Source: an uncultured virus (IMG/VR IMGVR_UViG_3300046808_000578) (taxonomy: Duplodnaviria > Heunggongvirae > Uroviricota > Caudoviricetes). Taken from it: 64,000 nt of DNA. Positions 57,109 through 64,000 of the stretch are shown here, piece by piece. Where the stretch lies: the IMG/VR virus record IMGVR_UViG_3300046808_000578; one strand, 5' to 3'. Within the stretch, counting starts at the first letter, position 1; every line of letters starts with the position of its first letter. The notes under the pieces are model-generated. The model had not been told where the DNA came from. It saw nothing but the letters and a program-made list of their open reading frames with translations, and did not search any database. The position numbers and the translations under genes were made by a program.

Positions 57109-59241
57109 ATGCAAGTTCACACACTACCAAATCTGGTTTCGCAGACAGCGGGGAAAACAACGACCCCTATTCAGGCGAACCCAAGACCTACGTTAGCAAA
57201 TAAAGAAGCGTACCGCAAATGGTGTATTAACGCCAATACTCAGCACGTATTCTACTCCGCATGGGAAGGCGTAAACCCCGGATTGCGGATCAGCAAAGCA
57301 AACCCGGCAAAACTGCTGCACGGGTTCGTGGCAGACTACGATGCTGACGTGACCGACCAGATGATCCTAGACGTGGCAAACAGTGGTGGAATCCTTCCCA
57401 CATGGAGCTCGCGCACGTTCTCCGGAGGGGCTCGACTCATCTGGGAGTTCGAGGAACCCCTGCTCATGGACAACCACATCCTTGCGGAACGGTTCATGAA
57501 GACCTTGGTCAAGGAACTGAAGGTCAAAAAGCTGCTTCCCGGGTTCGACGAATCCTCAATGGAGAGCAGTCAATACTTTGAGGCAGGCACGAACTGGGCT
57601 GCTGTAGCTTCAGGGATGCCCATTCCCGTGGATTTGGTGGGTTTGTGGACCCTAGACAGCGCAACAGGCAAAATCGCGCAGCAGGGAGGCACCGAGATCC
57701 CAATCGAGGAGATCGCCGCAGAGGTCGAACGGCAATTCCCGGGACGGTGGGTGGGTGACTTTGTCGTCGGAGCCCGGGGACCCTTGTACTGGGTACCGGA
57801 TGGAGTGCAAAGAGTCGGCTGTCAGGTCGGTGATTTTGGAATGATCTGCTACAGTAGCCGGGCAGACGCGGGTTTTCTCCCGTGGGATAAGATACTTGGT
57901 AAATCCTTCGTACAGAAATGGGAGGCAAAGCACATCGGGGGCTACATCGAGAACATGTGGTACGATGGGAAGATGTACTGGTGGAAGGTGGACGATGTCT
58001 GGGTACCCCGGAACAAGGACGACTCCATGATGCACCTCGCAAACCACGGGGTTTCGGTGAAAACCAACGGCAAAGAGGTCATTTCACGGGCAGGCAAGAT
58101 CCTTTGTGGGGTGCAGGACGTGCGGAAGGTGGACTACGCCGCCCCGTTGCTGTTTGAAAGGAACGAGATCGTCGATATCAACGGAGAAAAGGTACTGAAC
58201 ATCGGTCGCCGTGAGGCCCTGATGGAGGCAAACGTGGCGGACCCCGAAAATACCGCGCATTTCCCATGGATCTGGGAGTTTATTTCACGAATCTTCGTAC
58301 AATCTGACGGAGATAACTCGCAGATGGACTATTTTCTCGCATGGTTTCAGCGTTTATGGGTCTCGGCGAGGAACAAACAGCTCTTCCAAGGGCAAATGCT
58401 GGTACTGGCCGGGTCGGCTGGACAGGGCAAAACCTTCATGAGCAGGTGCATCATCGGAGCCGCCTTGGGTGGGAGTGTGGACGCGAGCGACATCCTCCAA
58501 GGAAAGACGAATTTCAATAAGCAAGCTGCCGAAACATGTATATGGAGGGTCGATGACGCCGCCGGGGCAACGTCTAGGAACGATGCCCTGAAGTTCGGAG
58601 ACACGTTAAAGCGGCACGTGGCAAACCCGATCGCGGTCTACCACCCAAAGTTCCGGGACGCAGTCGAATTCCCGTGGAGAGGGCGTATCGTACTGACCTG
58701 CAACACAGATCCGAACTCGCTGGCGATCCTGCCGAGCCTCGACAACACGTTCGAGGACAAGATCATGATGCTCAAGTTCGGGGACTGGATCCCTTCGTTC
58801 AAGACAAGCCATGAGCACGAGGCAATGGTGGCCAACGAGCTCCCCTTCTTCCTTGCATGGCTAAAGCAGTGGCAACCCCCGGCATACGTGATGGGGCAAA
58901 ACAACAGGTTCGGAGTCCTGAGCTACCACCACAGGGAGCTCGTGGAAGCCTCACAGGAAGGCGACAGCGGCACGGGACTACTGGAGATCCTCGAGATGTG
59001 GAGGGAAGGAGAGGTGGAGGTGGCAAAGTGTGACCCTGAAATCCGGATATCGAGTAGCCAGCTTCTGGGTCGAATCCGAGACATGGTTTCTGGAGGGGCA
59101 GAGTTAATGAGAAATTATTCAACTATTCGGTTAGGGCGCGAATTACGAGCGATTAAGCAGAGATACAAGCCGCTTACGAAGATCAGTAAGGTTAATGGCA
59201 TCACAACATACGTGTTCGCAATGAAGGCAAAGCTCGAATAG
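57109..59241 (+). CDS. primase-helicase (N-terminal primase-like, C-terminal SF3/DUF5906-like ATPase)
   Basis: ADYD...RTFSGG; Walker A GSAGQGKT, RVDD, LTCN. Confidence 0.8.
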   Translation: MQVHTLPNLVSQTAGKTTTPIQANPRPTLANKEAYRKWCINANTQHVFYSAWEGVNPGLRISKANPAKLLHGFVADYDADVTDQMILDVANSGGILPTWSSRTFSGGARLIWEFEEPLLMDNHILAERFMKTLVKELKVKKLLPGFDESSMESSQYFEAGTNWAAVASGMPIPVDLVGLWTLDSATGKIAQQGGTEIPIEEIAAEVERQFPGRWVGDFVVGARGPLYWVPDGVQRVGCQVGDFGMICYSSRADAGFLPWDKILGKSFVQKWEAKHIGGYIENMWYDGKMYWWKVDDVWVPRNKDDSMMHLANHGVSVKTNGKEVISRAGKILCGVQDVRKVDYAAPLLFERNEIVDINGEKVLNIGRREALMEANVADPENTAHFPWIWEFISRIFVQSDGDNSQMDYFLAWFQRLWVSARNKQLFQGQMLVLAGSAGQGKTFMSRCIIGAALGGSVDASDILQGKTNFNKQAAETCIWRVDDAAGATSRNDALKFGDTLKRHVANPIAVYHPKFRDAVEFPWRGRIVLTCNTDPNSLAILPSLDNTFEDKIMMLKFGDWIPSFKTSHEHEAMVANELPFFLAWLKQWQPPAYVMGQNNRFGVLSYHHRELVEASQEGDSGTGLLEILEMWREGEVEVAKCDPEIRISSSQLLGRIRDMVSGGAELMRNYSTIRLGRELRAIKQRYKPLTKISKVNGITTYVFAMKAKLE

Positions 59242-59269
59242 CACGTCTGTAATACGAGATTATCTGGTT

Positions 59270-59301
59270 AAGCCCATCGCTAAGATGGGCTTTTCCTTTT
59301 T
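59270..59301 (+). terminator. Rho-independent terminator of the replication operon
   Basis: AAGCCCATC-GCTAA-GATGGGCTT followed by TTCCTTTTT. Confidence 0.8.
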
Positions 59302-59323
59302 CAGGGGAACAGGGTTTCGGGGT

Positions 59324-59590
59324 CCTACAGGCGTAAATGCGTGAAAATGAGGGACTTACGCCATTTGAGTAGGAAAGTAGGAGAAGGGGGGATTTTCCAG
59401 AAACCCTTCTCTGGCTGGCTGGCCCGCTGCTGGCCTGCTGCTGGCCCGCTGCTGCCCTCCTATATATATATATATACTACTACTACTAATTATACTATAC
59501 CTACATCCCCTACTTCCCCTACTTATCCGCTCTGGTGGCGGGTTTGTCGGGTGTAGATGAAAAAACCGAACCCCTATATCGCCTACCCCA
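59324..59590. other. putative replication origin
   Basis: AGTAGG/CCTAC(T) repeats on either side of a (TA)8(CTA)4 tract, just after the primase gene. Confidence 0.5.
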
Positions 59591-59591
59591 G

Positions 59592-59612
59592 AAGCCCCCT
59601 CCGGGGCTTTTT
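59592..59612 (+). terminator. short terminator-like hairpin
   Basis: AAGCCCC-CTCC-GGGGCTT plus T tract. Confidence 0.6.
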
Positions 59613-59640
59613 GCCTTACGGTGATGGTAAATGTTATGCT
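59611..59640 (+). promoter_or_regulatory. candidate early promoter
   Basis: TTGCCT-18 nt-TATGCT with TGn extended -10. Confidence 0.35.
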
Positions 59641-59810
59641 TTTGGTTAATAGGTAAAAAATACAAAAAATTTTTTCTGACCGTTATCGCAGGTCTGGGCG
59701 CACGCGCCCGCTCCCCCGCCCCCGCACCCGTGGTGGGCGCACGCGACAAACCAACCGCGCGCGACACTACAACGGCCCGGGGCCCCGGCATAGGGGTTTT
59801 GAGAAGAGGG

Positions 59811-60341
59811 TGCCGAGGGGCTAGTGACCCTGAGGCGGCGCGGTGAAAGCGGTGCCTGATCTTTGAAATTTAGACCCTGCAGGTAGAGCGGGGCGGCGAG
59901 TTGCGAGTGTGGCCAGAGCGCCCCGCCCGAAAGGGCACGAGGGAATAGTAAGTAGGCGCACCCATAGCAGACCGCCCCGTGTTCGGACCCGCCGAACCTA
60001 TCTGCAGACCCCGCTTTCTTGGGGGCGTAAAAGCAAGGAATGGCTCAGACTGGCCAAACGCTCATCCCGGCACCCATACAAGTTTTAGGTGCAACGGACC
60101 GCGAAGACGGGCCCCTAGCGAGGGGGCTTCTAGCGGGGATTCCCGGATGGCGCATTAGCTGCCCTCTGACAAGGCGCAAACCCTTAACCCTTAACCCGGA
60201 CCGCGCAAGCGGTCCCTGCAACCTAGGATCAGGCAAACGCGAAGCGAACGCCCCTAGGTGCCATGCGTTGCATGGCGGCAGTCCGCCCATCCCCTTGGCA
60301 AACTGGCAATCCCGCCAGCCCCACGGTTTCCGTGGGCGGAC
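59811..60341 (+). ncRNA. candidate large structured non-coding RNA/leader (~530 nt)
   Basis: Nested 9-12 bp long-range helices, GNRA-capped hairpins, crossing pairings; no credible ORF. Confidence 0.62.
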
Positions 60342-60349
60342 ATACCGTT

Positions 60350-60775
60350 ATGAACATTCTTGCAAAATTCGACTCCTCCCGCATTCAGACCAACGTGACC
60401 AAGTCCGGGAGAATTTCCGGGCAGACCCTCCACCACACGGGGGACGGGTCTACCGGGTTCGGCACGTTGCGTGCCCAAGGCAAGGCCTTGGGACTCAGCG
60501 GGTCCGCTCTCAAGGAGTGGATCTACAGTCAGGCGAGCGGGGACCGCGCCCAAGCGGCGCGGGAGGAAGCCCGCATCCTGTTCAATCTGGGTCTCGACCG
60601 GGGGCTTGTCCCCCAGAAGACGCAGGTGAAGAGCAATGGGGGTGCCGTGTTCACGCTCATTCCAGAGGCGAAAGCCCCGGCCACCCGTACCACCACCTGC
60701 GTGGACCCCGCCGCCATGGTGGCGGCGATGACGCCGGAACAGCGCGCCGCCCTTCTGGCGGCGCTGCAGGCTTAG
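60350..60775 (+). CDS. hypothetical early protein
   Basis: ATG 60350 directly after the structured element; followed by a GAAA hairpin. Confidence 0.65.
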   Translation: MNILAKFDSSRIQTNVTKSGRISGQTLHHTGDGSTGFGTLRAQGKALGLSGSALKEWIYSQASGDRAQAAREEARILFNLGLDRGLVPQKTQVKSNGGAVFTLIPEAKAPATRTTTCVDPAAMVAAMTPEQRAALLAALQA

Positions 60776-60780
60776 TCGAA

Positions 60781-60798
60781 TCGCCCCGAAAGGGGCGA
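60781..60798. terminator. hairpin between convergent genes
   Basis: TCGCCCC-GAAA-GGGGCGA. Confidence 0.6.
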
Positions 60799-60818
60799 CT
60801 AGGGGAGTTGACCTACCC

Positions 60819-61352
60819 CTACTGATGAGACAGGTCAACAGAGTCAGGGGAGCGGTTCTCCAAACCGTTCTCCGCGTAGGAGTCCGTCTCTGTCGGGACG
60901 GATTCGGGACGGATTTCTAGGACGGCGGGCTCCGCCTCCCCTAGGAGCGCAAGGTTGACGATTGTACGCCCTTGGGCGTCCGCGTCCTCCAATCCGGCTG
61001 CCCGGCGTGCAATCTTGTCCGCCGTCTCCAAGTCCCGCCAGTTCTTCGGCGCGGGCACCTTTGCCTCCCCAATCGCTCGGGACGCGAGGTCAAACATGGC
61101 GGATCGGTGGCGCTCGCCCCGCTCTGCCCATGATTCCCGAACAAGGGCGGACAATTCCCTTGTCCGCTCGAGCTGGACTTTGTCCGGAAGCGGTTTTTCG
61201 GGAGCCCGCTCCCAGCCTTCCCTACGGGAACGCTTCTGGACGGCATCGTATTTGATGCCGAATTTCTCGGCGGCTTGTCCGATGGACAGTCCGCCCACCA
61301 TCACGGCTGTCCGGATGGCTTGCCAGTCTACTGGTAAAGGTTTTCCTGCCAT
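60819..61352 (-). CDS. terS: putative terminase small subunit (HTH)
   Basis: DWQAIR...SIGQAAEKFGIKYDAVQKRSRREGW N-terminal HTH, then helical region ...ARRAAGL. Confidence 0.68.
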   Translation of the reverse strand: MAGKPLPVDWQAIRTAVMVGGLSIGQAAEKFGIKYDAVQKRSRREGWERAPEKPLPDKVQLERTRELSALVRESWAERGERHRSAMFDLASRAIGEAKVPAPKNWRDLETADKIARRAAGLEDADAQGRTIVNLALLGEAEPAVLEIRPESVPTETDSYAENGLENRSPDSVDLSHQ

Positions 61353-61468
61353 TGCACCCTTTTACCCTGTCACCCGGGTGCTTGGCAACCCCTTTGGGGG
61401 AAGCTAAGCCCCCTCTGTCCGCTTCCGGACAGCCTTTGTCCGCAACAACCAACCAACCAACACACACC

Positions 61469-61795
61469 ATGAACACCGACCGCTTTTTCACCCCTGAAGT
61501 TACGTGGGTCCATGAGTTAATCCTGCGTGGCCGCACCCTTGACGGGTGCCACTATCTGGTCTGCGACCAGTTCACACCAGAGGAGGTAAACTCCTTTTGT
61601 CAGCAACTTCCACGTCACCGGGCGCGCCGCGTGAAGCGGCTTCTGCGGAAGATGGCCAGACCCGTGTGGGCATCCACACGGAGCGGCGTGTGCTCGCACG
61701 CCGAGGTTGCGGGGGATGACCTGATCGAGGTCATCCAGCCCGGGCTCACATACCTCCAAGCGGAGGAGAACTGGACGTCTATTCTGTACTCCTGA
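61469..61795 (+). CDS. hypothetical early protein
   Basis: ATG after C/A-rich leader. Confidence 0.6.
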   Translation: MNTDRFFTPEVTWVHELILRGRTLDGCHYLVCDQFTPEEVNSFCQQLPRHRARRVKRLLRKMARPVWASTRSGVCSHAEVAGDDLIEVIQPGLTYLQAEENWTSILYS

Positions 61796-61811
61796 GTTAA
61801 CACAACCAACC

Positions 61812-62045
61812 ATGAACACAACCAACGCATACACAACCCCGACTACGGGGTTGTTTGTCATCGTAACCGGGGGCGCTGCCCCACTGGAGTTTCCCCCGGG
61901 CTACCCGGCCCGTGTTGAGGATGGTCGCCTCATCGTCCATGACGAGGACCGTGGCGAAGCCCGTGTCGTCCTCGTCGTCCCTGAGGGGGGATGGTGCTCA
62001 CCCTCTGCGTGGCGGAACCAACCAACACAACCAACACAACCATGA
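61812..62045 (+). CDS. hypothetical early protein
   Basis: ATG after AACACAACCAACC. Confidence 0.55.
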   Translation: MNTTNAYTTPTTGLFVIVTGGAAPLEFPPGYPARVEDGRLIVHDEDRGEARVVLVVPEGGWCSPSAWRNQPTQPTQP

Positions 62046-62275
62046 ACAAATACCAAAAGCGTATCACGTACCCAAACGGGTACACCGCATCCATCGTCTG
62101 CCACTCGTTCTCCTACGGAGGGCACGAGGGCCTCTTCGAGGTCGCCGTGCTCGTAGGGGAGTCCCTCCATTACGACAACCCTGTAGCCCGGGGAGACGTC
62201 CTCGGGAATCTGGACTTCGCCGAAGTCGCCGAAGTCCTTGCGAGGATTGCTGCCCTGCCGCCAGTCAACCCCTAA
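62042..62275 (+). CDS. conserved phage hypothetical protein
   Basis: YPNGYTASIV...SYGGHEGLFEVAVL...DVLG pattern. Confidence 0.75.
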   Translation: MNKYQKRITYPNGYTASIVCHSFSYGGHEGLFEVAVLVGESLHYDNPVARGDVLGNLDFAEVAEVLARIAALPPVNP

Positions 62276-62924
62276 CCCAACACGCCATGAACACAACCCC
62301 ATCGCCCACCGCATCCCGCCTCCTTGCCCTCATGGTCAAGGGGGGCCACCGGCTCACCGTACACAGCAACAGGTTCCCCCGCCGGGGGAAGCACTACGTC
62401 CACGCCGTCGCAAAGGCGGCGGGCGTCCTGTCCCCCGCACCGAGGAGGGGCGAATGAGTCGCCCGAAACCAACGCCGCAGCAGGTAGCGGAGTGGGTAGT
62501 GGACGCCCTGCTGCAAGTCTCAAACGCCCCCGAGACGGGGGATCAAGACGAGTTCCTCCGGGGACTCGTCAACCTCGGAAGTTTGGCTTGGTACCTTGCC
62601 GGGCCGGATACGAGATACATCAACGAAACTTGGAACGTAGTAATGAAAGCTTATGAGAAGTGAATTGGTAGACGAACACAACGCCGCCCTACGAAGGGCA
62701 AGGGCCCTCGCCCGGTTTGACTGGTGTCTGGACCGAGTCCTGTGGATGGGACTCGGTATGTTGGCAATGGTGATCGCGGAGATTCTGTTCCTATGATCGC
62801 CAACCTCTTCGCGTTGTCCGGCCCCATCGGGATCGCCGGACTCATCGTATTGGCAATGTGGCTCCGTGAAACCGGAGCCGCGTTACTCTGAAACCCTGAA
62901 ACCTTGATTAGAAACAAAAAACAT

Positions 62925-63239
62925 ATGGAAACACCACAAGCAATACCAACCGAACTCATGGAAAAACTCCGCGCCGCTGGCGTGGAATCCTTCACCCTCT
63001 CGTTCTGGGGAGGTTCGGACGAGGGATACCTGTACCTCGTCGGAATACCGTATGAACTGGAGAAGGCGGTCGAGGACTGGGCATGGCGGGCATACCAGTA
63101 CTCCGGTGCCGGGGACGGAGAAAACTATGGTGACGACATCACCTACAACCTCAAGGATGGAACGGTTAAGTGCTCCGACTGGTACATGGAGAGGCAAGAG
63201 GGGGACACAGAAACCCATATGCTGGAGGGGCTGGAATGA
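62925..63239 (+). CDS. DUF6878-like protein
   Basis: AAGV..FTLSFWGGSDEG pattern; adjacent to a DUF6915-like gene. Confidence 0.6.
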   Translation: METPQAIPTELMEKLRAAGVESFTLSFWGGSDEGYLYLVGIPYELEKAVEDWAWRAYQYSGAGDGENYGDDITYNLKDGTVKCSDWYMERQEGDTETHMLEGLE

Positions 63240-63604
63240 CTCCGTACAAACACGCTCAAAGCTCCGCCTCCAAGTGGGGCGGAGAACCGGAGGACTACAT
63301 CCTCCTTCACGACTGGTTCGATGAAACCAAGTCGTACACCGGAGACTGGACTCACCGTGCCTTGCGTCACCATTCCGCCGGGGTGCAGTGGGCCATCGAA
63401 AAGTTCGGGCACACCATCCTGAACAGTCGAGGGCAGAAGATCCCCACCAAAGTGCTGGCAGAGCAGCACTTGATGGAAGACTGCGGATTCATACCTACCC
63501 CCGCGCATTGGCTGGGCGTCCTCAGCAAACACCCGGATGAGTGGATGCTGCGGGTTGGTAAGACCCGCACCACCACGCTGGAAGTGGGTGAGTCCAAGCC
63601 CTGA
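63236..63604 (+). CDS. DUF6915-like His-rich protein
   Basis: PYKHAQSSA.KWGG.PEDY..LHDWFD.TK...HRALRHH..G...EQHLMED. Confidence 0.78.
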   Translation: MTPYKHAQSSASKWGGEPEDYILLHDWFDETKSYTGDWTHRALRHHSAGVQWAIEKFGHTILNSRGQKIPTKVLAEQHLMEDCGFIPTPAHWLGVLSKHPDEWMLRVGKTRTTTLEVGESKP

Positions 63605-63703
63605 AACCCTGAACCCCTGCATCCCTGCGGCCCAGTGTCACAGGGGTGCAGCCTTCAGGGCTTAGCTCATGGTGAGCTAACCTTGATTAGAAACAAAAAA
63701 CAT

Positions 63704-64000
63704 ATGAAACCACTGAAACAACTCATCGAAGCCCGGGTCTGCCCGGCCACCACAGAAACCGGCGCCAGCGCCCGTGTCAGGGTCCGTGTCCGCGGGCCCA
63801 AAGGAATAAAATTCTACCCGTATACCTACGAGGTGGACGACGAAGCCCGCCATGCGGCGGAGAGGTACGCTGAGATGGTGCTGGGTGAAGAAGTCGTGGA
63901 GGAAGTGGACGCGCCCCACGTCCCGGGCGGCGTGCGGTACTTCACCGCCACCATAACGTACGCAACGCCGGAATCGTTCGCGTCTGGGTTGCCGCCCAAG
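63704..64000 (+). CDS. hypothetical protein, open at window end
   Basis: ATG 63704 after a duplicated 28-bp leader; 99 codons with no stop, ending ...SGLPPK. Confidence 0.65.
   Translation, partial: MKPLKQLIEARVCPATTETGASARVRVRVRGPKGIKFYPYTYEVDDEARHAAERYAEMVLGEEVVEEVDAPHVPGGVRYFTATITYATPESFASGLPPK

Noticed and set aside
59655..59800. AAAAATTTTTT followed by a GC-rich patch as the physical genome end or pac site
   Set aside because: Suggestive composition only; no terminal repeat or cos site can be shown without reads
60048..60283. Group I intron P7-like pairing GACTG/CAGTC
   Set aside because: Only 5 bp, no interrupted gene, and no convincing P/Q/R/S elements by eye; left to an Infernal search
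59817..60324. tmRNA-like ends (GGGGCT... / ...TCCCGCCAGCCCCAC) around the large structured element
   Set aside because: No T-loop (GTTC), no G3-U pair, no CCA, no evident tag peptide; resemblance is probably coincidental
60040..60825. 261-aa + strand ORF spanning the structured element
   Set aside because: Arg/Gly/Pro-rich composition typical of GC-rich non-coding frames; overlaps the better ORF 60350-60775
1..64000. tRNA/rRNA genes and stop-codon reassignment
   Set aside because: No cloverleaf with a T-loop recognised by eye (not a tRNAscan result); long genes are intact under the standard code

Overview
The window is most or all of a tailed dsDNA bacteriophage genome, probably podovirus-like: it has a portal with a long Q-rich C-terminus, three ejection-type proteins including one of 2978 aa, and no tape measure or sheath gene. 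It has three blocks. (1) A + strand early/accessory region (about 60350-64000, continuing at 1-11016) of small ORFs, a MoxR AAA+/vWA-metallopeptidase pair, a GP88-like protein and a MazG-like protein. (2) A - strand morphogenesis/lysis region (47253 to 10946): TerL, portal, scaffold, major capsid, collagen-like fibre, holin/spanin/CHAP endolysin, glycosyltransferase, LAGLIDADG endonuclease and internal virion proteins. (3) A + strand replication block (47364-59241): tyrosine integrase, Xis-like HTH, RuvC, SNF2-helicase/PD-(D/E)XK fusion, SSB, DUF1599, family A DNA polymerase, a second glycosyltransferase and a primase-helicase, followed by an origin-like region. The most interesting signals are not in the ORF track. 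They are a ~530-nt highly structured, apparently pseudoknotted non-coding element (59811-60341); a ~130-nt five-way-junction RNA before polA whose G/U loop is complementary to the C/A-rich leaders of early genes; a structured capsid leader; a seven-gene array joined by one repeated junction motif; and a 58-aa histone-fold-like ORF. All calls come from reading motifs by eye. No database search or folding program was run, so family names are recognitions, not hits.
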